Positions 24,700 through 39,226 are shown, counted from the stretch's first letter. The stretch: DNA of 64,000 bases from Octopus sinensis (GCF_006345805.1 NC_043008.1:38874001-38938000); one strand, 5' to 3'. Notes: generated by a model not told the origin, from the sequence alone. Translations and numbers: made by a program.

Positions 24700-26400
24700 T
24701 CTACATGACTGCTAGCGGTATGTAATTCAAGAAAACCTTCGACATTGTTTAGAAGAACAAAGTGAAATCGATGAGAAATTTGGTGCGCTTCCAGTCCCAT
24801 TCATGCAGAGGTCATTACCTGTAGAAGAAGCCTCACTTGCCAGCAAAAGCCGAATGCATGTTACTCAAGGAGCAGATTGTTGTTTGGTGCCAGTTGCTTG
24901 GGAAATCAAGTAAATGCAGAAAGGAGAGAGTGGCTTAATTATCAAGAGTGGTGACACTACTGTGGTGAGATAAACTGAATTTTCTAATTACTTCCGAGCA
25001 AACTATACGGTCCAAGCTCGAAAATGTGCGTCATTTGTGTGACAAATGCGCCAAAAAAGGAAAATTTCAGCCATTAGAAGAACTGTTCACTATCACGAAA
25101 GTCCACGGTGGATGGATCAATGCTGATGATCGAAGCTGTACTCCATTCAACTCCAAAGCAAAATGTGCTATTCGACAGGCAATGCTGCAAGCAAGTACAC
25201 TATCCGTCCTTTCAAGAGGAGAAGATGCTCTGACGCTAAAGGCTCCCATTCTTTATCAAACCCAACAGCCCTGGATACTGACAGTGACTCTGAAGAAGAA
25301 AAGATTGAAGAGTACAATTATGGTGGAAATGACAGAGTTGATCAAAATGATATTGATATCTCAGCTCCTAGTCAGCGAGGCATTTACAAGGCACTCTTCA
25401 AGAAAGCTGGTGAAATGGAGCAACACTTGATTGATACGCTACGCAATCAGAAATGGAGCCAGCATTTCGATGGTAAACATATTGACGAAATTGAATATCA
25501 AGCGGTTGACATTAAGAATGAAACAAGTGAAATCGAGCCAGTTGCTCTGAAGCTGTGTGATAGCAAAGCTAAGAGCATTGCAGAAGGACGAATTTCACTT
25601 GTGGGGCGCAATCTCAATGATTATTGCTGCTACGACATGTGCGAATACCGGATGGAACAGTGGGGTAGTGATTAGCTGCAATGTTCTTGAGAAAAGGCAA
25701 TGACAAGCCACAGTTCGTGAGCTGCCAACAGCGAGACTTGGGCAGAATCTTGCGCGTTGTTATGGATGAGGAGCTAGCAGGCTCAAGCAATTTAGCCAAC
25801 ATCGAATATTTTATGTCAAAGAACTCATGACAAGTTATGAAGAACTCCAAGGCTCCTTCCAGAATGGAACTCATGTCATTGAATATCAAGCCGGCTGGAG
25901 AGATGATATGAAGTTTCTGTTTCACTTAACCCGTGTCTTCAGGTTTTTCCATGAAGAAGGAGACCTACCTTTCATCAAATTTCAGAAAATTCCGAGCTTC
26001 AGTAATGTCAGATGGAATTCGCAAGCAATCGTAGCGCTTCTTGCATTTTTCCTCATGCCACATATGAGAGAAAAATTGCAGATGGTCTGCCAGTTCATCT
26101 TATATGACTGCGCTGACCACTGGTTTGGTGACCAAATGTATAGAACTGAAGATTATGCAGAGTTATCGCAAACCATCTACTCTACAGGACGGCTTTCAAA
26201 TGCTTGACAAATCACTGGAAACAAGAGCCACCAAAACAAAACATCAGCAGAAGCAATCAATGCTGTTAGCAAGCAATTAAGGTCATGCAAGAACTACACG
26301 CTACATGCAAGAACAGAGCCAACCTGCCATTGTATTTCATTCTCTCAAATGATTTGCCGCATCTCGTCTACTGACTAATTTGACTTTATACGACTTACCT
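24700..26400 (+). mobile_element. Decayed DDE transposase, probably hAT superfamily (hATm/hATx-like)
   Basis: Overlapping frameshifted ORFs 25026-25430, 25163-25675 and 25827-26207 carry HFDGK, a T-C-A-N-T-G-W-N-S-G (DTTxxNTG-like) motif and a CQ..LGRILR (CxHH-like) segment. Family assignment is from recall; no TIRs verified. Confidence 0.6.
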
Positions 26401-26677
26401 TCTTTTCATTGTTCTAGAATGCAGAACACAGTTCTTTTAAGTTATGGATTAAACGTTTAGAATCATTTCCCCACCTTTTTTTTGTTTATTATTCAGATTC
26501 TAGCATTTGGAAATCCACCCAAATGCAACCTAGTATAAAAATTTCAAAGTTAGTCATGGGTGAACTTTTTTGATCAAATGCAAAAAGATAAAAAAATAAC
26601 ATTGATTTTTCATTTCTAACAAAAGCTCATCAGAATATGGTACAGGATTACGGAGTTGCGAAGAAGTCGTAACACTA

Positions 26678-26744
<67 letters not shown>

Positions 26745-26772
26745 TTGTGTGTGTGGTGTGGTGTGTGTGTAT

Positions 26773-26869
26773 TGCGATGAACTTGCGGCCCGCCCAGCTG
26801 GAGGGAACACATACGCCACAGAAACCTGGAAACCGGGCCCAAGAGCTTGGCTAGGCTTGAAAAGGGCGA
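26773..26869 (+). mobile_element. 5'-truncated copy of the V-like tail
   Basis: CAGCTGGAGGGAACACATACGCC..GGCTAGGCTTGAAAAGGGCG. Confidence 0.8.
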
Positions 26870-26924
26870 CGTTTATCGTTTTATATATGTATATATATAT
26901 ATAGTTAATCCAAACAAGAAAACA

Positions 26925-27100
26925 AAAACAAAAAAAACAGCAACGCAAGGACGTGGAACAAATAAAGTATTATTGGACGCTCAGGAAAGAAGGGAAGAAG
27001 GAGGGTTTGACGTTTCGAGCGGAGCTCTTCGTCGGAAACATAGGAGAAGGAAAGATCCCGAGAAGGGAAGACAGGGGAAAAAATCGCTAGTGATACAGAC
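26925..27100 (-). mobile_element. Family D-related subfamily, hammerhead-like motif at 27005-27039
   Basis: GTTT-CCGACGA-A-GAGC-TCC-GCTC-GAAA-CGT-C-AAAC. The flanking gagcgtcc/aatact segment parallels family D. Confidence 0.65.
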
Positions 27101-27859
27101 GTGGTCACATTTGCGTGCACACACATACGCACAGACACACTTATTCATGTATTTCCTGGAATTGAAAATCATATTTTGTGCAAATCCTTAAATGAGAGAA
27201 TAGAATTTCACAAAAGTATCTTACTGTCGCCTCGATTCGAAATTGAGACGTCGATGAATGAAAGGAAATAATACAAGCCATTCGTTGAATTCCAAAAATA
27301 CATAGAATGGATAATTCTTTACTACGTCCCTAGAGCAATGCCACTTAATTTATTGGCGTTAGTGTGATGAATCATCTTGTAAATCCAGGGAGATATTATG
27401 TAAATAGTAATGATAAAAACACAAACATGTACATACCGAAAAAATAAAAATACTAAAAGCTGAGTATTTAGCTCTGAACTGTATGCTTTCTGCTTAGTCG
27501 CCAGCCTAATTTTTTTTGACTGACCTATGTAAACCAGCGTATATTAATAACGGGTCTATTCAGCATTACTTAAATTTAAACATTGCTAAAATACAAAACC
27601 ATGACGATGCCAAAGGAAAAAATACGTCAGGGAAGAGGAAAAAGAAAATACAAAACAAAACAAAGCAAGACAGAAAAAGCAAACAAGTAGGTTTTATACT
27701 ACAGTCTTCTGCGCAAATAGACATAAAAATGCATATATGAAAATACATATACATATAGCTACAGATAGATTTTTGTAAATATATACACACATATATACAT
27801 GCAAACATACACACACACACATACACACATACACACACACATATATATGTATATATATA

Positions 27860-27906
<47 letters not shown>

Positions 27907-27974
27907 ATATATAGATAGATAGATAGATAGATAGATGATAGATAGATAGATACATACATACATACATACATACA

Positions 27975-28005
<31 letters not shown>

Positions 28006-28038
28006 TACATGTATATGAATTATATATAGGTATGTATG

Positions 28039-28072
<34 letters not shown>

Positions 28073-28236
28073 TGTATGTCTTTACGAAGAGATTAAAACA
28101 CTTCTTCCTATACATCCAGTAAACTCGACGGTATACCGCAGCGCGTGTAAGGTTTGTGCTAGTACGTCAATAATAGTACATACATACATACATATATATC
28201 TATATCTAGCTATCTATCAATATATATATATATATG

Positions 28237-28275
<39 letters not shown>

Positions 28276-28288
28276 TATATATATATAT

Positions 28289-28342
<54 letters not shown>

Positions 28343-28479
28343 GTAGGTATGTATGTATGTATGTATGTAAGTATGTATTCTTTATAGATATATATATATA
28401 TATATATATAGATATATATATAATATATATATATTCCCAGATAGATATAGATATACATGTATATATGTATATATCTATC

Positions 28480-28512
<33 letters not shown>

Positions 28513-29104
28513 CACATATATATGAATATATATATATATATGCATATGCATATATAAAAGTATGTACGTATGTATGTATATATGCATATATATGTGTGTG
28601 TGTGTATGTATGCATGTATGTATATGTGAACACACGAAAGCGTATGTGTACTATGAAGTATATAAAATAATATCGCTAATTATTCTCCTTTGTGTACCGA
28701 TAGCTACTTTCGGTACGAGTCAAACAGCGGTGACAGAAAGCTGTCGATTATCAGAACGTGTTAAATAAAAGAGGCTACCAACATATGACAATGCCAGATA
28801 ATCTTCTATGGATTCTACGTTCTCTCTTGGAATATATTTCTATTTCTATACTCTATGTTATTTGTTTGTTGTTATCATCATCAACATCAACATCATCATC
28901 GTCGTCGTCGTCGTCGTCATCGTCATCATCATCGGAGCGCAATTTCAACTCGTCTAGATGATTGTCTACATACTGACGTTTCCGTCCATCGACGTAGTAA
29001 TTTGTTTTAACAGCAGCAGTAGCAACAACAACAACAACAACATCAGTAATAACATTATCATTTATACTAATAATAACGATAATGTCGATAATAATAATAA
29101 TAAC

Positions 29105-29141
<37 letters not shown>

Positions 29142-29185
29142 GTAATAATAATAATAATAACAATAATAATAATAATAATAAAACA

Positions 29186-29221
<36 letters not shown>

Positions 29222-29304
29222 GTAATAATAATAGTAATAATAGCAATAATAAAATAATAATAATAATAATAATAATAATAGTAATATTAATAATAAAATA
29301 ATAA

Positions 29305-29350
<46 letters not shown>

Positions 29351-29792
29351 TAATGATGGTATTGATTTTTCTCACTAATGTTCAAGAACGTCAATTTCTT
29401 TTTGTGTGTTTAGGATAAGAATACAGCAGAAAGAAAACAACTACAAAAAAAGGAAGAAAAAAAATAGAATATAAATGAAGAGTAAAAGATTCATCAGAAG
29501 AATAGCAAAGCCATTCCACTCTTATTGGCACCGCAAAAATAACAACAACAACAACAACAGTAGCGATAACAACAACGAAAGAAGGAAATGAGAATAGTAG
29601 TGATGTTGATCCTCGTACTCAACTTCATAAAGCGGTTAGGATTCTGAAAGAATGTCTCATGGACACTCTTGTACTGCTCCTTCTTCGACCAATCCATATG
29701 TACACGTACTATACACGCTCAGAGGATTATAGATGTGTATGTGTGTCTGTGTGCGGGCGTGTGTATACACATGCTTACATCTCTCTCTCTCT

Positions 29793-29870
<78 letters not shown>

Positions 29871-30058
29871 ATATATAGTATATATTAATATATAGTATAT
29901 ATAATATATAGTATATATATTTAATATAGTATATATATATATATATGCATATATAAATATATATCATATATACATATAATATATATAATACATATATATG
30001 TATGTATATATAAATAAATATAATATATATACAAACATATATATGTATATATATGTAT

Positions 30059-30104
<46 letters not shown>

Positions 30105-31317
30105 TATATATGCGTATATATATAACACGCATATAATATGTTGATCGCAAGTATACGTACACAGCCCGACAATCTTCTTGTGATTAATATATCAATTTTG
30201 TTTTCGTTTTTTTATATTTTATGTATTTTTGTTCAATAGAAAGACACTGTGTGTACGCTTGCGCATACACACAAGCATACACGCGTACCAACACGCTTAC
30301 TTACATTAAACTAGGACATATTTAGCTATATGAATCCCACAGACATACAAAGTGTGAGTGTGTGTCTGTGTGTGTGTGCTTGTGTCTATGTGTTTCTGCC
30401 TGTGTGTGTAGAACGCGAATATGTGTGAATATGTGTGCCATATCCTTCCATATCAGTCAATACGCATAAATGGACAGAAGATGACATACTGGAAGATGGC
30501 GTTTATTTCTCGATAAGTACTTTTTCTTCTATATCATTTACCAGTGTCGATTAACGCCTGATCCTCACAAATCTAACATTAAACATTCCTCCAATATGTT
30601 ACGAACAGAAGTTGGAACGTGTGGTTCTGCAGAGAAGCAAGCATTGTAATGTATATGTTAAGTACATAGAATAATATGTTTAAAAGATCCATACTAGCTT
30701 TAGAATTATGATAGATTCATAGTGCTATGTACTATGTTTTATTTTATTTATTTACTTATTTTCGTTTTGTGAATCGACACATTCAATATCCGACCACGAA
30801 AACATTAGGTGCCTCAGTTTTCTGTTTTTTATTATTATTATCACGTTTGTTTGCTTGATTGACCGATTGTTTATTTTAGTATTGTCTCTGATATCTCAAT
30901 AACTGCTGAATCCAGGAAGCGCAAACGTCTTTATAGCTGAAAAAACTAAAAATATAAGACAGAAGAAAGCCCCAGACACTACGTTGTATGCTAAAATGAA
31001 ATACTTTACACTGACAGCAAAACACAACAGAAAGATGTTCTCTAAACATAGATTCATCTCCATATACCCTCCTATACAAACAATTTCATATAAAGATACT
31101 TTCATGTCCATATACCTCCGCTAATAGTTCGCCACAGAAAAACATGTACCGCGCAATACATTATGATATATTAACTATACTAATCCTGAATGCGTCGATA
31201 TGTTTTTGCTGTTATATATTTTGCGTTTTTTTACTAACATTACTAATGCAGATGATAGCTAACATTACATTTAAGTTTTCTACGAAGGTACTCGCGAAAA
31301 TATGACAGGATAGATAG

Positions 31318-31394
<77 letters not shown>

Positions 31395-31624
31395 GACTTC
31401 TGGCCGAAATCAGATCGCCATGTTGATTCGCTAGCCTCTGCACGCATTTTTTTTCTCTCCTTGTTTCTTTCTGTGTTTCTTTCCTGTGTATCTTTCTGTT
31501 GAAGAGCGTAGGCTCGAAACGTAAAAGACTTGTTTTATTTATATTCCTGAGCGCCATACTAATACAATTGTTTGTTTGTATTCCACCTGCCTTCGTCTTT
31601 TGTTTATTTTCATAAAGCTTCCCG

Positions 31625-31627
<3 letters not shown>
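31395..31627 (+). mobile_element. ~230-bp non-autonomous repeat (family D) carrying a minimal hammerhead-like motif at 31491-31528
   Basis: TCTTT-CTGTTGA-A-GAGC-GTAG-GCTC-GAAA-CGT-A-AAAGA. Flanked on both sides by (TA)n. Homologous to 48055, 22900 and 1555. Confidence 0.8.
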
Positions 31628-31673
<46 letters not shown>

Positions 31674-31676
<3 letters not shown>

Positions 31677-32300
31677 GGTGCGGCCAAATGATCTGATACA
31701 TTTGTAGGTAATAAAAGTAAAATAGAGTAAACAACGAAAAATGTGTTTTATTTTCGAAATATACATATAACGCAATTTTGTTTCAGTTTGTTCCATCTGT
31801 GATGTTTAGTTTCAATTCGTTTCAACATGGATTGGACAGGCGAGCATCACGCTTTCATTGTGGAAACGTTCATCAAGAACAACGAAATCCGTAACAACAA
31901 CACGAAGAGCATTCTGAGTGCACTTTAGGCTTGGTAGACATGATCGCGCACGTACTCGAAATTCTGCGGCAGCAGAATTCGGAGTCTGGGATCTGTACTT
32001 CTTCGAAGAAGACAATGTTGCAGTGACTGTGAACTCTGATCGATATTGTGTGATGCTAGAAACTTTTCTGAAACCCAAATGGAATGAACTTGACGAAGGG
32101 AATAGGGACAATGTTTGGTTTCAACAAGATGGGCCAAAAACCCACACTTTCCGGCGTGCGATGAGGATTTTGAGATTTTGAGGGATATGTTCCCCGATCG
32201 GTTGATCCGCCGGATCACCTGCTTTGAACCCGTGCGATTTTTTTTTTTTTTTCGGTAGGGATAACTGAATTCAAAGGTATACACACATGGAGATGTCCTG
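31674..32300 (+). mobile_element. Tc1/mariner maT-like (DD37D/DD41D type) relic with a large internal deletion
   Basis: Starts TA-CAGGGTG after (TA)n. The N-terminal MDWTGEHHAFIVETFIKN is fused to YFFEEDNVAVTVNSDRYCVMLETFL..WFQQDG, followed by degraded FPDRLI/PCDFF/SKVY motifs. No right TIR found. Confidence 0.8.
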
Positions 32301-32426
32301 TAGTGTTTTAATGAAGTTGAAGAATTCTGAGCGACAGGTTGATAGTTTGTGAACATTATAATTTACTCTTGATTTGATATTCAAGTTTTGCACCAGTATG
32401 GTTACATATGTACATACACACACACG

Positions 32427-32473
<47 letters not shown>

Positions 32474-34014
32474 GCGCACATGCACACACATGAACATAAA
32501 TATATTAGCCACTTACTTATTAGTTTGGATTATGCAACTTTTACTAAAAGAAAGGAATTATTAAAGTGTAATCTGCGTAAAGTCTTTTTATAAATTCCCA
32601 TTTTAAAGTTTTTTTTCTTTTCATCAAAATGTGGTTTACAACTTCTTTTATTATTGAGTAATTCAAGAACGCATTTCAGTGACAAAACTAATGTTTAATC
32701 ACAGTCTGCCTGTAGATTTTGAATGTTACTTTCTACGGATTATAAATTTAATCCAGCGTGAGCCAAATCCTGTTGATTCCAGAATTCATGAATAATTTTT
32801 TGGAGGTTTGATGAAGAAATAGAAAGTTCAATAAACAAAGTGGTTTTAATTTACTTACCACGATTAGATATAACTACAGGGTTCTCTCCCGCAAGTTTGT
32901 TTACACATAATCATCTGACAAATAGATATTTTTAATGAAATCATCTAGAAACACATTTTAGATGGTGCAACTTCTGATTATATCAAAAATTTGTTGTGAT
33001 AAACGTTTTTGGCTTTGGGTTGGAGAGTGGAGTTTTAGATCATTTACACGCCCCGATTTGTTTCCTCATAACTTTCAGAGAAATTAATATTTCTAGATGA
33101 AATTTTATACAAGTACCTTTCAGATTATGTAGATTAGGATAATACCGGAATTTGATGAAAAAAGAAAATAAAAAAACATGTGGTGCGGGCCGATTATCCA
33201 CGCATCTCGATTTTGTTTCCTCATACATTTTGAGATTTAATTACAATTTTGAGCAATATTCCTCCCTTTCCCGAATTTTCCCTGAAAGAAATCATCGTAG
33301 TAAAGGGAGTTCTAGGCATTGAGTACATATTTCTTTCATCATTTCCTCGCAATCTTAATCTGTCGCTTTTGAACAAAATTTGACCATTCTTTGTGTGGTC
33401 GTTCAGTATGCTAGAAATAGCAGAGGTCACATGGGTATCAAAAGTAATGTGTTTTTTTTTTCAACATAATTGTAATTAAATCATCAAAACACTGTGTTTA
33501 AAGCGCCTTGTTGTTATTACCAGCATGAAAAATGGTGAAATAAATTTAATATTCCAGTCAGGAAACCCTGGGTAGCTAAATTTCACAAAATTTGCTGCGT
33601 GGTTCTTTAAAAACCAAATTACGTCGCAAACAATAGCGGTTATGCTTCGAATGATGTCATTGACACTGCGCTTATACACATTCTGTTCAAAAGTGTGTAC
33701 CGTCTTTTATATTAGTTTATTTCGACAGGATACAAGATTCAACATATTTGCTGAATTCGATATATTTACTAGAGATTTGCTGAGAAAACTGAAACAAAAT
33801 TTTGCTTTGTCGAGTTTCCAAACTGTCTTCTATGCTAAACTGTTCCTGCACAATGTTCATTACAAGACCTTTTTTAGGAAAGACAATGGAAGTATAAATA
33901 TTTTGTACTCCTGAATATATTGTTTAAACCCGCTTTACAATAACGACTTTTTTAATGCTGACTATCAAAATTTCATTCGATTTTCCCTATGTTTCAAATT
34001 TTAGCACAAGTCCA

Positions 34015-34192
34015 GCAGGTTTGATGGAGGAGTTAAGTCGATCCCAGTATTCAAGTGGTACTTATTTTATCGACCCCGAAAGGACGAAAGGTAAAGCTCG
34101 CCACGGTGGAATTTGAACTCAGAACGAAAAGACGGACGAAATGCTGCAAAGTATTTTACCAAGAGTGCTAATGTGTTTGCCAGTTCGCTGCC
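34015..34192 (-). mobile_element. SINE family B, diverged
   Basis: tatcgaccccgaaaggacgaaagg..ggaatttgaactcagaacg. Confidence 0.8.
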
Positions 34193-34502
34193 TTACTGAT
34201 CGCTGAAATACTAAAATGATTTTGAATTAACTTTGGAGAAGAAGAAAAGCGGATAAGTGGAAATGCTCGATAATGCTTTAATTAGAAATAACAGTTTTTA
34301 ACATAGTTGCCTGGCAGGGTTAGTGTATGAAATTGACTCCATTATTTTACTGGAGCTTTATTTTTATGGACCTCAGAGAGATGAAAGTACAATTGACCTC
34401 GATGGGATTTGATCACAGAAGGTAACAAACGCCGGAACAAATATCACAAGGCATTTTGTCAGATGCACTAACGAGTCTGTCAGTCCTTCGCCCTGAAATT
34501 TT

Positions 34503-34663
34503 AGGAGTGGCCGTGTGGTAAGTAGTTTGCTTACCAACCACATGGTTCCGAGTTCAGTCCCACTGCGTGGCACCTTGAACAAGTGTCTTCTACTATAGCC
34601 TCGGGCCGATCAAAGCCTTGTGAGTGGATTTGGTAAAACGGAAACTGAAAGAATCACGTCGTA

Positions 34664-34716
<53 letters not shown>

Positions 34717-34940
34717 CCGTGTGTATGTTTGTGTATCTGTGTTTGTCCCCTCAACATTGCTTGACAACCGATGCTGGTGTGTTTACGTCCCCGTAACTTA
34801 GCGGTTCGGCAAAAGAGACCCGATAGAATAAGTACTAGGCTTTCAAAGAATAAGTCCTGGGGTCGATTTGCACGACTAAAGGCGGTGCTCCAGTATGGCC
34901 ACAGGCACATGACTGAAACAAGTAAAAGAATAAAAGAGTA
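34503..34940 (+). mobile_element. SINE family A, full-length
   Basis: AGGAGTGGCCGTGTGGTAAG head through the GTAAAAGAATAAAAGAG tail. Confidence 0.92.
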
Positions 34941-36409
34941 TATTAGTTTTAATTTAGAAATTTTGAGGTGAGGTGATAAACCGGTGGTTTATCAAGCTCA
35001 CATAAGTTAAATGCAAAGTTGAACGCAGAATATAATGAGTCAAAAGCAATACTGCTAACCCTTTTTTTCCGACGCTCAAATAATTCGGTTAACTCCCCGG
35101 CTTAAATTATGTAGATATGATAGTTCTTATTTTTGGTACCTGTTTAACAATTTCGTTGATAGTAGGTAAGTCAATACCATCGTCCCCAGTATTTGACTGG
35201 TAGTATATTTTATCGACCCTGAAAGGAGGAAGGATCAAGTTGATTGCAACAGGATTTGCACCCAGAACTTAAATGGCCAGAAAAATATCGCAAAGCAATT
35301 TTTCTGATGTTCTAAGATGCAGACAGTTGTCAGGCGTAAAATAAGTGGGAATGATAATAATGATTTAGTTTAGAAAATTTTGCATTGCTAGACCTTGCTC
35401 ACAAGTGAATGCTACACTGTAAGATGATAAGGTTTCTACATTTGAGTGATTAAATAAATCTGAGTTAAGGATACGAAAACATGAGAATTCATTTAGTGAA
35501 GGTAGTATTTAGTACATGCCTTGTTTCGTATATATTTCCTTGACATACTTGAATCAATATATGCATAGAATTATACAATATTGCTTAAAATGGAATGTAG
35601 ATAGATAAACTTTGGTCACAAATGTCCCTGAGGGCTAGAGAAAATTCAACAACGAATACCTTTCATTTTTAAATACGACGGCTGCATAAAATAAGTGCAA
35701 AAATAAAATGGAAACCCGTCACTTCATAGATCTTAGAATGTCATAATTGATTAATAGATAAGCATCTTCACCTCCAGTACCTCCAGTAACTCTGAACTAA
35801 ACACCTTGAATTTTGATATTGCTTAAAGTTTTCCCATACATGTAGTCCGTACTTCAGTTGTATTTTTTTTATTTGATAGGGTAAAATTGTCACGTGGTTT
35901 CGAGTTCCGTCTTATCCTTGACATCTACAGATGATTGAGACAAAGTCCATTAATACTTCCTCAATAGTTGGTAAGTTTACACTGATTACCTTTCTTACCA
36001 TTATCATGCAGCCGTAGAAAAAAAACATAGAAAACCCAAGGTCAGAATATTTATTCCTCTTATAAGGCATATACAATTCAAAGAGTTTGCAAGAGTTTGC
36101 TATGGTTATCATAATAAGTATAACGAAGTCGGTGCAGAAGTCCAGTCACACTATACAAGCACAACATTCAACAAAGAGATTCTACAATGTCGCTCGGCCT
36201 GATAAAAATGGCAGATACATTTTTCCCAATTTTTTACACATTTTTACCATCTTAAACAACGAACGAACGCAAGAGATTATTCAGTGGTCAACAACCATAA
36301 ATGGACAGGACAGTTACGTTTTGCTTTTATTCGGTGGAGCAGAACAACAACGTGAGATGACTTTGTTTAATTGGTCAATACTTGCCATAAGATAAGTTTA
36401 TTGTTTGTT

Positions 36410-36824
36410 TACTCTTTATTCTTTTACTTGTTTCAGTCATGTGACTGCGGCCATGCTGAAGCACCGCCTTTAGTTGAGTAGATCTACTCCAGGACTTATT
36501 CTTTGTAAGCCTAGTACTTATTCTATCGGTCTATTTTGCCGAACCGCTAAGTTACGGGGGCGTAAACACACCAGCATCGGTTGTCATGCGATGTTGGTGG
36601 GGTACAGACACAGTCACACAAACATATACACACACATACATACACATGTATATATACATACGACGGGCTTCTTTCAGTTTCCGTCTGCGAAATCCACTCA
36701 CAAGACTTTGGTCGGGCCGAGGCTATAGTAGAAGATATTTGCCCAAGGTGCCACGCAGTGGGACTATACCCGGAACCATGTGGTTCGTAAGCAAACTACT
36801 TACCACACAGCCACTCCTACGCCT
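36410..36824 (-). mobile_element. SINE family A, full-length
   Basis: Consensus match. Confidence 0.92.
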
Positions 36825-37528
36825 ACGTTTGTTTGATTTTTTTTTTTTTTCTTTTTCTTGTTTTTAAACCCTCGTTGTAATTGAGCGCAGACACTTGATC
36901 TACTCGTCCAATACATTCCATATTGACTTTGCCATTTCACTCAACGCTTCTGTCAGGTTGTGTGATAAGTTACAGTGCGGCATCTCATCAATTGCCCTCA
37001 CAGTTTTGTTATTTATCTTCAAACAAGCCCTGAAAGAGGAGATCAAGACATTCCAGCCATGACATTTCCTCTTTGCGCATCTAAGGGACTGCATTATCCT
37101 GTGTGTCTGTCCAGCCTTGTTTACGACAGAGGGTGACATTTTGAGGGAGATTTGCTTGTTTTCTTTTTCTTTTTCTTTTTCTTTTGTTCTTTTTCTGTTT
37201 TGAATGGTAAATGACTACTGAGATGTTCTCTGAATAGCTTGTGTCACACGATGTTTGTGATTCAATGCGTGTCAGAGGAATTTGATGTAGAAGCTACTTA
37301 GCGATAGAAGTCGGATGTTAATTATAGACACAAGTGATAGGACACGAATGACCGTTCCACAAATAGTTTATTATTTGTTTTAGGCCGGAAAATCGCTATT
37401 AAGATCCTGTTTGGTAATGTGTAAAAAAAAAAAATTTTTTTTTTTTGAATAAAAGAAAAGAACAAAACAACTGAAGAAGGTATCACGAATTCAGTGGCTT
37501 TCATTTATCTTTAATTTCATATACATTT

Positions 37529-37570
<42 letters not shown>

Positions 37571-37636
37571 TTACTACTGCTGCTACTAATACTACTACTA
37601 CTACTACTATTACTACTGCTACTACTACTACTACTG

Positions 37637-37730
<94 letters not shown>

Positions 37731-37769
37731 CGTTGTATATAATACTAATTCTAATAATACTAATAATTT

Positions 37770-37975
37770 TGGTTTCAAATTTTGAAACAAGGCCAGTAAT
37801 TTTGGAGGAGGGGTATAAGTCTCTTACATCGCCATCCTCCTTCTCCCCTCCCGTATTCAGCTGGTACTTATTTTATCGATCCCGAAAGACTGAAAGGCAA
37901 AGTCGGCCTTGAGGAATTTGAATTCAGAACATTAAAACAGACGAAATGCCACAAAGCAGATTCCTCGCCCTGCCA
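37770..37975 (-). mobile_element. SINE family B variant
   Basis: ctggtacttattttatcgatcccgaaag..gaatttgaattcagaac. Confidence 0.8.
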
Positions 37976-37984
37976 AGATACTAT

Positions 37985-38517
<533 letters not shown>

Positions 38518-38525
38518 TCTTAATG

Positions 38526-38755
38526 TGGCGAGATGGCAGAATCGTTAGCATGCCGAACAAAATGTTTAGAGGCGTTTCGTCCGTCTTAACGTTCTGAGTT
38601 CAAATCTCTCCAAGTTCGATTTTTACCCTTCATTCTTTCAGAGTCGATAAAAATAATTACCAGCTGAGCACTGGGGTCGATGTAATCGACTTAACCCCTC
38701 CCAAAAATTGCTGTCCTTAATCCAAAATTTCAAACCAATAGGTTTAATTTTGCTG
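38526..38755 (+). mobile_element. SINE family B variant
   Basis: GGCGAGATGGCAGAATCGTTAGC..GAGTTCAAAT..GGGGTCGATGTAATCGAC. Confidence 0.85.
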
Positions 38756-38857
38756 TGTACATCCAAAGCTTCAGCAACAACAAAAGAAATATATAACAAC
38801 AGCAATCATAATACTGTAGAAGTATTATGTAGCTGTTATTACTGCTGTTGGTTTTGT

Positions 38858-38993
38858 TAAGCTTGCTTACCAACCACATGGTTCCGGGTTCAGTCCCACT
38901 GCGTGCCACCTTGGGCAAGTGTCTTCTACTATAGCCTTGGGCTGACCAAAGTCTTGTGAGTGGGTTTGGTAGACGGAAACTGAAAGCCCGTCG

Positions 38994-39024
<31 letters not shown>

Positions 39025-39226
39025 GTGGTGTGTGTGTGTGTGTGTGTGCGTGTGTATGTTTGTGTGTCTGTGTTCGTTCCCCGAACTTAGCTTGACAACC
39101 GATGCTGGTGCGTTTACGACCCCGTAACTTAGCAGTCGGCAAAAGAGACCGACAGAATAAGTCCTGGGATCGATTTGCTCGACTACAGGCGGTGGCTCGA
39201 AAATGGCTGAAACAAGTAAAAGAGTA
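38858..39226 (+). mobile_element. SINE family A, slightly 5'-truncated
   Basis: Consensus match starting at GCTTGCTTACCAACC. Confidence 0.9.

Noticed and set aside
26600-26640. CTGATGA..GAAA..TC on the minus strand
   Set aside because: Stem II and helix III do not pair; expected by chance in AT-rich DNA.
30540-30900. Further acceptor-led short open frames (30545, 30879; also 12877, 33732, 40308)
   Set aside because: Short, with no recognisable peptide or strong donor pair; such matches are frequent in AT-rich introns.
36870-37200. GC-elevated segment with a T-rich tail, possibly an L1/Tx1 3' end
   Set aside because: No diagnostic motif in any frame; left uncalled.
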